From the NCBI GenBank assembly GCA_002269645.1, contig NIVC01003582.1, forward strand, positions 25,753 through 89,752: a stretch of 64,000 nucleotides of DNA, in the 5' to 3' direction. Source of the DNA: Macrostomum lignano (lineage: Eukaryota). The position numbers and the translations under genes are program-made. The notes below the pieces were generated by a model. The model searched no databases and was not told the DNA's origin. It saw only the letters and a list, made by a program, of their open reading frames with translations. Shown here piece after piece: positions 12,458-25,707 of this stretch; positions within the stretch are counted from its first letter, which is position 1, and the number at the start of each line of letters is the position of its first letter.

Positions 12458-13573
12458 ATTCTGAAAATAATGTACATGTACTTGTAGAATTCTTGGCTTT
12501 GTCCCCAACCATAAAATCCATGTCCTGTTCAGCTTTGGCTTAGCCATGGACAACAAAAAATGCGAGCTACATGTATTATCAGCGGCTAAAGCAGCCCTGC
12601 AGACCATCCCGGATGCTGGGAGTTTTAAAAGCCAATTAATTCAGCAAAGACTGTCCTTGAACGCCAAGGGGAACTATTGCTACCCCAGCTGTCAGTTCCG
12701 TTGGTCGTCGCAACGTGTGAAGCTGACAGCTTCCGTCCCTTGGTGTGACCTCACTCTCTAACAGCCAAAAACAGCGCGAGTATTTCCCGAACTATCCATG
12801 ACATCTGAATCTTTAGAGAATCTAATCCAGATAAAACCAATGAGAATATGAATATTTATGCAACGGAAATTCGATGGATTATACTACTGAAAAACAATAT
12901 GCCCCCATTGGGTGTACTAGTCTGTCTATAGAGCTCCCCAGCCTCCATTCTCTTCTCTATTTTTTATACTTTCAGTATTCACTCTATTGTTGTCTGACAC
13001 GGGAGGATGTGAAACCTGCACCGCAGGATGAGATATTTGCCTGCTGTAGGAGACGCACTGCACTGCCAGTCAGATTATCCCCTCGTGGGAATTTCACCCG
13101 ATGCCATCCGAAACCTTCTAACACTTGAAGCGGCGCAAATGCGGACTGGTAGATGAAGATAGAGTGCACTATCCGCCGAGAGGAGCTCGAATGAATAAAA
13201 TCATTTCTCCGATTCGTGAAATAGTGGGAGGAGCAGCTTCAGAATTTTTAAATAATCATTGCTAAATGTTGAGAACGACTACACGCCATTTTTGCTAAGC
13301 TCTTTCTGCAAAAATGATAACATTGTTTACTGACCGTCTAAAATTTGTTCAATCGCAATTGTTCGTTTGTTATACTCGCTGCCCAGCGTGACATCCTAGA
13401 ATAAAAATACAATTCATGTCTCTTCACTGATCATCGGGATTTCGACAAATACTATGAGGAGGCAGGTAGTCATTCAGTTGATCCCTGAGCACGCACACTG
13501 GCATGCACACAGGCTAGACGTCAGGCAGTGTCTGCACCCTGTGCCTCGCCCGCGTGGTCGTGAATATCACGAC

Positions 13574-13834
13574 AAGCCCAGGTAAATCAGATCTACCTGA
13601 TCTAATGAGACCTAAGCCTACAGTTACCGGTATCAAGCCCAGGTAAATCAGCTCTACCTGATCTAATGAGACCCAAGCCTACAGTTACCGGTATCAAGCC
13701 CAGGTAAATCAGCTCTACCTGATCTAATGAGACCCAAGCCTACAGTTACCGGTATCAAGCCCAGGTAAATCAGATCTACCTGATCTAATGAGACCTAAGC
13801 CTACAGTTACCGGTATCAAGCCCAGATAAATCAG
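13574..13834. repeat. 61-bp tandem repeat, about 4.3 copies
   Basis: AAGCCCAGGTAAATCAG.. recurs at 13574, 13635, 13696, 13757 and 13818. Confidence 0.95.
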
Positions 13835-14249
13835 AACCGGCACCGACCAGTTAGTTACAAACGACTCACGCAATCCACGCAAGTTCTCAAAACATCAGCG
13901 CTCCAGCGGCAGTTGAGTGGGCAGGAGGCCTCGCTGCAGACAGTTGCCAAGCTGTTCAAACTGATGCATGACTGCTTTTGGACACGAGGTAATTGTAAAA
14001 ATTCCAAAAACTTAAGAGGGAGATGGGGAGAGAAGAAGAGCCCGAATCAGAACTTAAGTCCTCTATGTAGAGACGAGGTGAGTTGAGGTTGGCGCCATCA
14101 CCGGCAATTATTGGTGGGGTTGAGGTTCCCCGCACAGCTGCCTCTCCAAGAGCTACTGGCTGTTGGGGTGAGCAGAAACACAGATGGGGAATAAGTAGCA
14201 CGAGAAACACACAAAATTTATTGCCATTCGAAATATCAAAGCTATTTGG

Positions 14250-15028
14250 ACATCTAGGTATACTGCTTCTAACATCTATAGCTACTTGAACATCTAGATA
14301 TACTGCTTCTAACATCTATAGCTACTTGAACATCTAGATATACTGCTTCTAACATCTAGCTACTTGAACATCTAGATATACTGCTTCTAACATCTATAGC
14401 TACTTGAACATCTAGATATACTGCTTCTAACATCTATAGCTACTTGAACATCTAGATATACTGCTTCTAACATCTATAGCTACTTGAACATCTAGATATA
14501 CTGCTTCTAACATCTATAGCTACTTGAACATCTAGATATACTGCTTCTAACATCTATAGCTACTTGAACATCTAGATATACTGCTTCTAACATCTAGCCA
14601 CTTGAACATCTAGATATACTGCTTCTAACATCTAGCTACTTGAACATCTAGATATACTGCTTCTAACATCTATAGCTACTTGAACATCTAGATATACTGC
14701 TTCTAACATCTAGCTACTTGAACATCTAGATATACTGCTTCTAACATCTATAGCTACTTGAACATCTAGATATACTGCTTCTAACATCTATAGCTACTTG
14801 AACATCTAGATATACTGCTTCTAACATCTAGCTACTTGAACATCTAGATATACTGCTTCTAACATCTAGCTACTTGAACATCTAGATATACTGCTTCTAA
14901 CATCTATAGCTACTTGAACATCTAGATATACTGCTTCTAACATCTAGCTACTTGAACATCCAGATATACTGCCTCTAACATCTATAGCTACTTGAACATC
15001 TAGATATACTGCTTCTAACATCTAGCTA
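14250..15028. repeat. 40/38-bp minisatellite, about 20 copies
   Basis: The unit is TATACTGCTTCTAACATCTA(TA)GCTACTTGAACATCTAGA. Confidence 0.95.
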
Positions 15029-16113
15029 CGATGAGGCAAGCAAGAGTGCATATTGATCTGTATACTTGCCAAGATAAAAGCATTTCATAAAGGGTCAACA
15101 TCAAAAGTCTCGTCTCATTGCAACTTTCTTCTCAAGTAATACTCCCATGGATCAGTTACATCAGCGATTTGTAAGTTTACATCTCTCGAGTCTCGCGAAA
15201 TCTAGCCAGACACTGAGACAGCGAAAGTGCATTTCTATCTCTCCCATTATGAGCGCAATAGCAACAAATCAAGATTAAGGAAGCGCATACACACACAGCT
15301 CGAATGTCGCGAATTTGTGCATCTCTGATGACTGTACTGTACAGTTGGGCAGAGCACAGAACTGGCTACTCTCTATACCCAGAACACCCCAACGGGGAGG
15401 CACTGAGCGAGAAAAAAACCATTGAAAAGAAATATCCAAGCACCGACTGAACCGGCCTTGAAGAAGGGGAATTGCCCGCTCGCTCGGGACCAAGGCTTAT
15501 TCTTGTCTCCCACTCCCCCTTCGCAATCCAATTTCACATTTTGCTCTTAAGCCTGCCCCGGAGCTCGCAAAGGCCTCTAGGCTTGGACTAACTGACTGAG
15601 CTGTCCCCTCATTTTGCTCACTTTTCTCTGCTTTTGTAGATTGCAGGCTTTTTACAGCAAAGCGTTGCTTCATTATGCAGGCTGAAGTAATGTTACCTAG
15701 AACTCTACTTGTGTGTCCAATTATCAGCTTCACCTGGAACACTTTGATGGCTTTGGCCGTTAGCTACTAGTTAGATATAAATAAACATAGACTTAGCTTT
15801 AGCTGCTGGAACTAAGGGGCAGGGGCGTCGCGACACGGTGGCGAACAGGGGAAGGGCTTGTCAATGCCATGACGTAGCAGTGAGCAAAGAAACAAAAAAC
15901 TCGGACACTTGCTCGCATCTGTGTTAGACTTCTTGTAAAAATTATCACTTTGAAAGATTTTTCAGAGTTTACAAACAGGGTATCAAGTGCTGAAATATCG
16001 CCTTTATGCTCTCACGTTAAAAAAACTAAAACTATTGGCCCTTTGGCGCTACGTTTTCGGGGACATCGTCAAACAACCAGCGTTGAGACAACTCTGCCGA
16101 TTACGCTGACTCC

Positions 16114-16280
16114 TGAGCACATACAAACGCACTATACTGTACTCAGACACAGCACTCATACAAACGCACTATACTGTACTCAGACACAGCACTCATACAA
16201 ACGCACTATACTGTACTCAGCCACAGCACTCATACAAACGCACTATACTGTACTCAGACACAGCACTCATACAAACGCTC
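16114..16280. repeat. 37-bp tandem repeat, about 4.5 copies
   Basis: The unit is ATACAAACGCACTATACTGTACTCAGACACAGCACTC. Confidence 0.9.
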
Positions 16281-17497
16281 ACACAGGGTGTACAGCAGAC
16301 CCGACTCACTAATACTCAGGCATGTACACTCTCTGTTCTGCTCATTGAGCTTGGCTCTCATGGCTCTGTGAATCGCAGGGACAACTCCTGGGCCAATTTT
16401 TGTAGATCTAGACAGCGATTTTGTGCACAAGCCCCAAATTGATGTGGCTGCGCAACTCAACCCTGACTCTTCAAGTTACTCTACAGTCCGGTGCCTCAGA
16501 AAAGACCACTACGGCAACGGCGTGATTTCAGGACTGAAAATTTCTCAACGAACTGGGAATGCTGTCAAATCGAAACTTGCTATTAACTCGGCGAACACAA
16601 TTTCCGGCGTGATTGCGTCCAGGAGTTGCGTGTGACTGCGTTGCACTGCAGACGCGACAAAAACCTAGCAAGGGAAAATAGTTAAGCGGCATCGAAAACA
16701 CTTTTGGTTGAAGATGTTCAACACACTACTTAAAAAAGCACTTATTGTTTCAGTTTGACGTAGTTTTCTGAGAGATTTCCGTTTAATTTATTTAGACATG
16801 CTGCGTACCGTATTTGCCATTGATTACGCCAAATACCAGATTAGAAAAGCTACCTTACACTTAGTGTTCGCAAAGATTGTGAGTGAAAGGATTGGACGAA
16901 CGGAAAGCAATGTTCAAGAAAAATGTCACTATTGATAGTAGTATTAGCAGTCACAGAACAAGTCGATAAACTGAGAAATTGAGAAGTTTAAAAATGATGT
17001 TTTGCACTAGCTAGGTCGTGAAGAACTTCGTTTTTAGTGTCATGAGCTACGCTTGCAAATTCACTAACAAAAACACAGTTTATCCTATTTCAACATGTTC
17101 CCACATGAACAAATCGAATAGGAAGGGAGATTTTAGATAGAAAAGCGATTCCATCTTTCGTGCAAGCCGCCAAGTGCTACACATTCGGCCATCAAAGCAG
17201 ATCGTTCCGGAAACGCTCCATAAATTGGAGAACCCTTCCGAGCCATTCCGAAACGTTCAATTCGTCAATGTTTCAGTCGTAAAACTGTGGGATGGGGAGA
17301 GTCATTTCGCGGGATAATTGTTAACTATACTTTCCCGAAACAAGCCATGCAAAAACTGCTTGCGTGATGCTCGCTAGAGCCTAGGTCTAAGTTTTAGCTA
17401 GATAGTGAAATAGTTAGTGTCAGTTGTCCCTGAGTTAGTGTTTAAATAGACTAGATTTTTCACTACTACATTCAGTGCTACCATGCAGGAGGCAAAC

Positions 17498-18238
17498 ACG
17501 ACCAGGACGTGTGATAAATGGCTTAGTATGATTGACTCTACTAACGACCAGGACGTGTGATAAATGGCTTAGTATGATAGACTGTACTAACGACCAGGAC
17601 GTGTGATAAATGGCTTAGTATGATAGACTCTACTAACGACCAGGACGTGTGATAAATGGCTTAGTATGATAGACTGTACTAACGACCAGGACGTGTGATA
17701 AATGGCTTAGTATGATAGACTGTACTAACGACCAGGACGTGTGATAAATGGCTTAGTATGATAGACTCTACTAACGACCAGGACGTGTGATAAATGGCTT
17801 AGTATGATAGACTGTACTAACGACCAGGACGTGTGATAAATGGCTTAGTATGATAGACTCTACTAACGACCAGGACGTGTGATAAATGGCTTAGTATGAT
17901 TGACTCTACTAACGACCAGGACGTGTGATAAATGGCTTAGTATGATTGACTCTACTAACGACCAGGACGTGTGATAAATGGCTTAGTATGATTGACTCTA
18001 CTAACGACCAGGACGTGTGATAAATGGCTTAGTATGATAGACTCTACTAACGACCAGGACGTGTGATAAATGGCTTAGTACGTATGATAGACTCTACTAA
18101 CGACCAGGACGTGTGATAAATGGCTTAGTATGATAGACTCTACTAACGACCAGGACGTGTGATAAATGGCTTAGTACTGGTATGATAGACTCTACTAACG
18201 ACCAGGACGTGTGATAAATGGCTTAGTATGATTGACTT
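17498..18238. repeat. 46-bp minisatellite, about 16 copies
   Basis: The unit is ACGACCAGGACGTGTGATAAATGGCTTAGTATGATAGACTCTACTA. Confidence 0.95.
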
Positions 18239-19032
18239 TACTAATTGTCAATTAAGCAAAAATCAAATAAAGCATGCTGGGAAAATAGGTTTGGAGCAGT
18301 TTTTTGGCTAGATTTTGCTTTCATATTTGACACAGTCCCAAGAGAGGACCCAACGTTTATATTGTAAAACCAGTTTGTCACATTCCTAAAAGTAACATAG
18401 GATTTCGACGAGGTACCTCTGGTGTCAAATTTTACTGTGTGTTGGTGAAAAAACTTAACATGTGCCGAAAAAGCAATCGATAATTTATTCAGCTTTAAAA
18501 AAACTTGCCTCGATAAAATGATATACGTATACGGATTTGGAGAAAGTGCTGTCTCTGAGCTATTGATAAAAATTAGCTTGATGAAGAGAAAAGCATTGAG
18601 GAATGGCAATATGCGCTGTCATCCCGGATGTAAAATTTCCGACCATTTTATGACCCATTGTAGTTAAGGGTAATATTAATTGAAAGTTATCATAATTGTC
18701 GCAAGCGAAAGTTTTTGCTACAATTTTAGCGGCTACAGCTGCAGTACAGCAGCGACTGATTTATGGCCTTGTATCGATACCGAGAGATGAACCCTGACAG
18801 AAAAACTTGGCGCCGCTCGGCCCTAAAACAGTCCATCCGGCTGCCTGAAATCCCAGGCATTCCAATGGACCCTGTAGTTTTACGGTCCTCGATCTGCGGG
18901 CGGGGCGGTCATAGGCTGCCGTCCTGAAGCAGAGCATAACCAACAGTGCTCGAGAGCATAAAAGTCCCACTGCCAAGTCGATCTCAAACTGGTCCGGACA
19001 GGCTACCCGTAAAAGAGTCGAAAGCCTTAGAG

Positions 19033-20847
19033 ATGGTCCTTAAAGAAGACCTGGAATTCTTCTGCAACTCCACCTCTCTCCGAGGAGTTGCTAAGGCGTC
19101 GAAAGCGCCGACCCGGCCACTGAGAGCCATTTGGACAATTTACATTTTGGCCATGGCTGCCGCTCTGCTCACCTGCGTCTGCTTCATAGTTTCCGACTAC
19201 TCTCAGTACAAGACTATCATACAGTCCACGCTGGTGATCAACGACATGTCCAGTCACAGCTACCCTGCGCTCACCTTCTGCAATCACTACCCGTTCCAAG
19301 AGTCGGCGTACAAACTTTGGGAAAGCGGAGCGGTCCTGTCGCCAACTAATTATTCGAAAATGCTGCGCCGGCAGGCTTTTGAAGCGTTTAACAATAGCGA
19401 CTATTCGAGCATGGAGAACTTGCTGGTCTACGACACCAAGCGGGTGTATTATCAGACCCTGCCACACGAGCACGCTCTCAATGTCAGCTTCACCATACCT
19501 CAGGTGTTCATCTTCTGCATCCGTGGCCACGGCCAACAAATGGACATAACGGAGGCCAGCAGCTGCGAATTCATCATTAAGAGCATAAGTATTCCGTCAT
19601 TTTTCACCTGCTTCCAAGTGCAAATCAACCAGCCGCACGATTGGATCACGCTAATTTTGCACGTTGTCAAGGGTCCACAGAGCAGCTTTGAGGAGGCCTT
19701 TGTTCAGGACACGTTCGAACAGGCTCACGGACTTCGATTGCAGGTCAAAATAGAAAGCTGTCTCTGACTACCTTTATTATAATCGCTAGGAAATCTATAA
19801 AAATGTATTTTAGAGAGATGAATGCAATCAAGCTTTTGTAAGTTAGACTAGCTGCGCTGTTCAATGTGAACCACTCGTCGACTCAATAAAAACATTTCAA
19901 CCTAACAGGTCCACGAAAACGACACTTATCCGAACCCGATGGCCAAAGGCATCCACATCGAGCCGGGAAAACTGGTCGAGATTAACTACCGACACGTACG
20001 CTGGCACGAGGCCGACACTCCGCGCGACGTTTGCCTTCACCCGCAGGTCATGAAGTCTCGCCGAGTCAGCGACCTCGGTCAGGACTTCTCCTATTCGGCC
20101 GACGGCTGCGTCAAGGCAGCCATCGGGCGTCGGGTCCTGCGCCAGTGCGGCTGCTATTATGCCGAGTATCTGCGCGAGGCGCCCCCCAACGCTACGCACC
20201 CGTACTGCGGTGACATGCGTTTGGGACTAAAGGCTATTCACCACAACCTCCAGTGCCTCAGCCGCATTAATTTTACTGAGCTTAAGATCGGGCTGAGCTC
20301 CAGCGAATGCGTAATGCCGTGCTCCTCTTCAAAATTCGACACCTTCACCTCGCAGACGGTGTGGAAGGCTACCGACTGGCAGCTTTATTGGCTACTTAAA
20401 CAATCGCAGAGTTTTTCCCGCCTACGGGAAAGTCAGAGACTGCCGCAGGGGGCGGAGCGGGACAAGCAGTTCCAGTTAGCCAAGGACGGTCTGAAGCGGC
20501 TGCTCACTCGGCCTCGTCTGTCCAACGTCTCGACCAACGACTTCAAGCTGGACTTCGATTCGCACAGCGATGAGTTTGCCTACGTGACAGTGCGCCGCCA
20601 GAGTTGCAACACGATGCTCAAAGTCGAGGCCCAGTCACTGAACTTTAGCGCTTTAATGAGCCAAATTGGTGGATTGTGCAGCTTGTTTCTCGGCCTCACC
20701 TGCGCTGTTGTTGTGGAGCTGGTCGAGGTGGCTCTCATGCACCGGGTGCACAGAAAACAGAAGGCGGCTGCATCTGCGGCTGCAGCAGCTGCTATTGAGG
20801 ATGTCGAGATGAAGTGCGAACGCGAAAATGATAATCCAGCAAAATAG
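19033..20847 (+). CDS. DEG/ENaC (amiloride-sensitive sodium channel) family subunit, 2 exons, about 549 aa
   Basis: Exons are 19033-19743 (donor CAG|GTCAAA) and 19909-20847 (acceptor AACAG|), phase 0. Motifs: FCNSTSLRG pre-TM1, TM1, YPALTFCN, GLRLQ|VHE..P..GIHIEPG, Cys-rich thumb (CGC..C..C..C..PC), and TM2 SQIGGLCSLFLGLTCAVVVELVE. Confidence 0.9.
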
Positions 20848-22150
20848 CTGCGAGTATCATAATTAATTCATTACGAGTATCATAACTACCAGCTACTTGC
20901 CATCGCGATACCATTTCTGCTTGTACCACTCGTAGTGATGCCTCTAGATTTTGCTTTAGTGAATAAAGATGTTATGATCCATCTGCATCTGTATGCCAGT
21001 CACCTCGGGACACACTTCTTCGCCACTGCTGTTTTAGCGAGGCAAGATGACTGGACGAATAGACACCGAAACTAGCGGAAAAGTCTGCCAGTTCTATTTC
21101 ATCCCAGACTCTGATGCATTATTTAATGGCCAAAGTTCGGACCAACTTACTTCCCCTTTGGGTTTACTAAGGGCAATCTTTTTAAGCAGCTCACTTGAGA
21201 ATTGCGAAATTGATGAAATGAACTTCAATATCCCAATTAAGTCGTTCTTGTCTCACAAATTGGTTGACAGTTTAATGATTCTGGCGGGAAGGCCAGCACA
21301 GCGCTGCTTTTGTGTACGAACGAACAAGCGTCATGTTCAAAAATAGCTCGTACATATTACGCAATCGTACACACTAGTGATATCTAGATTACAGGGATTA
21401 AATGTAGGTTGCTTAAATATGAAGAATCTTCAATATAGTTAAACACTTTCATTGAATAATTAACCAAAAAATTGATTTTGAATTTTAGGTACTGTAGTAG
21501 TGTCATACTGAGAGAAAATTGATTTCTGACTTGTAGATATCGTAATGAGATCTTGAATACGCGATAAGAATATACTGGCTCGGGTTAGCTTAAACTCGGG
21601 TTAATAGCTTAAGTTGATTAAATCATAAATATTGCCAAACTTATGAAAACAAGTATATACATACAAGGTAAAACTCATGGAAAAAGAGCGTATTATTATA
21701 GGTACGACCAGGTACGAGGCGAGCATGCGGAAGCATTCACAGATAGTAATTGGATGGTCGTCAGAGAATCTAAGCATCTTTCTGCACGCTTCTTTTTGCT
21801 ATGCTGACGCAACAAGCTAAAATTTCCACCCGAATCTAGTGGTTAACAAGTGGCAGCTTTAATCCAACTCTAGCCGTAAGTCTCCACTCTCTCCTCACCA
21901 GCCGAAGCTGAGGCCTTGTGACGCAAATTGCCACTTTGACTACTGGTTTCGGTTTGGAAACTTTAACATGTTTCTGTGTGTACATTTGTTAATTTTTAAG
22001 CATACGAGTATATAACCATAAATACATGATTCTTTATTTAAAATGAAGTCAGCTTGACCTATAAAATACTAGTGCATGTCGCTGACTCGCTAAGTCAATT
22101 AGTTGTGAGTCAGCTCTCAAGTCTTCAAATCTGATTTTAAAAGAAGATGC

Positions 22151-23985
22151 TCAGTTGGTGTCACCAGTGTACTGCTGCTCCAGTGTCTTGTCAATGTCCT
22201 CGAATTCGTTGCGTAGAGTGGCAAAGGTGGGCCTCTCGTCCGGGTTCTGATTCCAGCAGGCCATCATGTACTGCTGGTGAATGCGCAGGGCGATCTCTTC
22301 GTCTGACCGAGACATTCCGGGCGTTCGCGGCACCGGGAGGCGATTTCTGGGATTCTTTACAAACTGCATGACCTCCCGGTTGGACATGCCGACGTAGATT
22401 GAGCCGCCCAGGGTGAGGATCTCGTACAGAAGCACTCCGTAGGACCAAACGTCCGACTTGGTGGTGAAGCGGTTCTCATGCATCGCCTCTGGAGCGGTCC
22501 ACTTCACCGGGAACTTGCCCAGTGACTCCGCCTGGTAGATTTCATCATCTTGAACTACCCTGTAAGTTAGTTATTTCAAGATTTTTTAGAAACAAGAAGT
22601 ACTTATTTCAATATTGAGACTAAAGTCAGTTACCTGGCCAAGCCAAAGTCTGCCACCTTGACAAAGTTATCCTTGCCGACCAGCACATTGGCTGCCCGAA
22701 GGTCTCGGTGGACGAACTTCTTCTCCTCCAAGTAAGCCATTCCGTCTGCGATTTGGTAGGCAATGTCTAGCAAAGTGGCCATCGGCAGTTTGCTGCTGCC
22801 CGAGTTCGACTTTCTCAGATAGTCCAGCAGCGCGCCATTCTCCATGAACTCCGTGATGATGTAGATCTGGTCGTTTGGCTCGAGAATTTTGGTACACACT
22901 CCCAAAATGTTGACAATCTTCGGGTGGGACAGCTTGTGCATGATTTTTGCCTCCTCTAGGAATTTTTCCTGCGACATGGCCGTGTCGGGCTTTAGCGTCT
23001 TGATGGCCACGTCAAGGATACCGTTCCATTTGGCCAGCCACACTGGAAAGCGTTGAGTTTTTATTCATTATCTAATTTATTAAAATTTTATCTGATTCTA
23101 ATAATCAATAAGCAACAGACCATTTTACCGTTCCGCATAATTCAAGGCACAGACAGTATCAGAAACTCTTACCCTCGCCGAAGCTTCCAGCTCCAAGTTT
23201 TCGCACCATGCTGAGAGTCTGGCGGGGAACTTCGATGTCTTTGAACTGCACAGTCGGTGGGTCTGTCGGACAAGGCTCGGCCAATGGCGAGCAGAGACCA
23301 CCGTCTAGGTGAGCAGAAGAAAAAATTGAGTTTGTACAGATCAATCGTCCATAATTAATAAGTTTCAATGAAAGTTGCTTTGTTTTTTCATAGCTTTGTT
23401 TCACTCACTTTTGTATTCATCGATCAGCTTCTGCACAGTCGGGTAGGTCTTCGACTTGTTGATGAAGAACACAGTTTCATCAGCCGAGTTCTTGATTTGG
23501 TAGTGCTTCACTAAGAAGTTGTTCTCGCATCGTCGGTCCGGAGTTCGAACGCTGAGCGCCAGCTTGGCCAAACCAGCGTTCTGCCTGGCGCACGGCCGGA
23601 TGATGTAGGTGCCAGCCTGCAGGCCGGCGCGCAGCAGCATCCGATTTGCGTCCATCCGGTTGCAATCCATCCAGCCAGATAGCTGGCACGGCAGGCCATT
23701 GTACTTTGTGATGTAGTTGTAGGGCACCAGACCGCTCCTGTTTGTCTCAAGGTTGCGCGCCTTCCACCACTGGCTACTCTGGCACTGCTCGGCGGTGAAC
23801 TCCAACTCGATCATGTCGCCTCTGCAGATGGTGAGCTCGTCCGGCTGCGTAGCCACGAAATTGTGGATTGCCATGTAGACGTTGCGGTCTGCTGGCCGGA
23901 CGGCCGACTTGTTGAGCTCAGCCTCGGCGTTTCCCGGCGAGACGCCCGTGCGCGGCTGCGTGCAGACTGAGAAGACGCTGCCCAT
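22151..23985 (-). CDS. Src-family non-receptor tyrosine kinase (SH3-SH2-kinase), 4 exons, about 508 aa
   Basis: Exons are 23985-23409, 23304-23173, 23042-22634 and 22559-22151 (GT-AG, phases 1, 1, 2). Motifs: MGSVFS myristoylation signal, SH3 (AIHNF..ELT..WW..GLVPYNY), SH2, GAGSFGEV, VAIK, HRDLRAAN, DFG, KFPVKWTAPE, and C-terminal QQY. The specific paralogue is not assigned. Confidence 0.95.
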
Positions 23986-24988
23986 TGTTGCTCTACTGTG
24001 CTGGATGTTCGTGCAAAGCGTACGCAGTGGAAGCTCGCTATGGCATTTATTTGCTGTTGTTAGCCAGGTGAGCCTGAACTTGGCGGACCAGTGCCAGGCA
24101 ACTTGTGGAGTCGCGAGTGTTTACATCAATTAGCAACTGCATTTCCCCCGTATCAGACTGGACACGCACAGCACCACTAGATGCAGCCTCGCTGCGACAA
24201 CCTCAGTTTCACGAATCATCCAGAATTATCTCGCATGCGACATGCGCCCCGGCTAGAAGCTGTAGTAATTGCTTATCTCTTCGCCCCGCAGTATCTGACT
24301 TCTATAAGCGGATCTCTCTCTTTCTCTCTAGCCCTCAAATATGGCGCGGTATCTACTATATTGAACGATCTAAAGTCAAATTTGGTCCCCACCCTCTCTC
24401 TCTCTCTTCTGCTTTAGTCTTGGTATTTGAAGTCTAGCCTGCCAGAGCAGTTGACTACAGGATGTGCACTGCGGCGCTATTGTTTATCACAGCCTGCGAC
24501 ACCCCACTGTGACCAAATTCTAGCTAAGCACCGTCTGTGAATCAGTGAAGCTAAATGCATAAAGCTGATATTACCTTTCAGCTGGATTTCATCGTATCAT
24601 CGCATCAGCTAACAATTAGCCCCCCTTCAAATATTGCATAGCTAAAGCACCAAGGGCTATCGGCATTTCGCATGCACCGTACCTTGAAGGCTAAGTCACA
24701 GCGGCCCTGACTTTATCATCTTTACACTCTATGTACGATGTGTACGATGCGATACGATGAGGGTGTGAATTTCTGGAAAAGCTGCTGTACACGATTTCCA
24801 AATTTGTGTGACTGAACTAAACTTTAAGAGTAGACAAGCGTTTTCCATACGAGTCACTGTCACTGTATTTCTAAGCATGCTGCTAATTGTTACGTCTTTC
24901 ATATGAAGAAAAACTATGAGCTACTTCTCAAATAGTATACAAAGCACTTTTTACAGAGATTTAAAACTGACAATAGGATGGTCCCAGT

Positions 24989-25693
24989 TGTGACGAATAA
25001 GGCGGAAGACTTTGTGTAGTGGATAATTGGGATTAATCTACGATCCAGCAGATCAGCAGCCGATTTTATCCTTAGCGTGAATTTGCAGATTTAGTATATT
25101 TAGATAGACATTTAGTATATTTGGATTGGTACTTAATTTGATGCGCCTAGCAAGGGCCGGTCAGGATTCAGTTGATTGGTGGGTGGGCCGAGGCAGGCGG
25201 TAGAGGGTTAAGGTAAAGAGGCCAGACAGCTAAGGGATCCACAAGCTTAGAGCGAGAAGCGAAGCGAGGAAGCAAATGGAGAGAGCGGCCGCTGACTGCA
25301 AGTGTATATTTATAATTGGTGAGTAAACAAGATAACAACAAGCTAATCCAAAAACCAGACAAACCCCACTCAGGCGCAATGTACATGTACAAATTATTCG
25401 ATAAAATACGATTATCGTGCAAGAATAACTATAACGCCAGTACGTGTACGTAGATGGAACTACTTTACGAGAAATAATACGATATGCAAGAAAAATATAA
25501 ATACAGAAAATAAAGAAAATAAATAAATAAATAAATACGAGGCTACAAAAACCTACAGATTCAGCAGTAACATTAGCGCAATAATATCATACGTGTTGAA
25601 TATTGTTAAAATTAAAGAATACAAGTAGTACGGTATGCATGCGAGATAAGGAAATACGATGCATATTAGGCTTCTACGAATTACACTGTCACA
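24989..25693 (-). repeat. 3' LTR of the large Gypsy (705 bp)
   Basis: TG..CA termini; close match to 33216-33856 plus 35394-35431. Confidence 0.95.
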
Positions 25694-25707
25694 CCCGCCC
25701 CTCCTCC
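25694..25707 (-). other. Polypurine tract
   Basis: The minus strand reads GGAGGAGGGGCGGG immediately before the 3' LTR. Confidence 0.85.

Noticed and set aside
13574-18238. Regular 37-61 bp repeats as CRISPR arrays (the 61-mer has a CAGGTA..TACCTG hairpin)
   Set aside because: They are head-to-tail with no unique spacers, there are no cas genes, and the context is eukaryotic.
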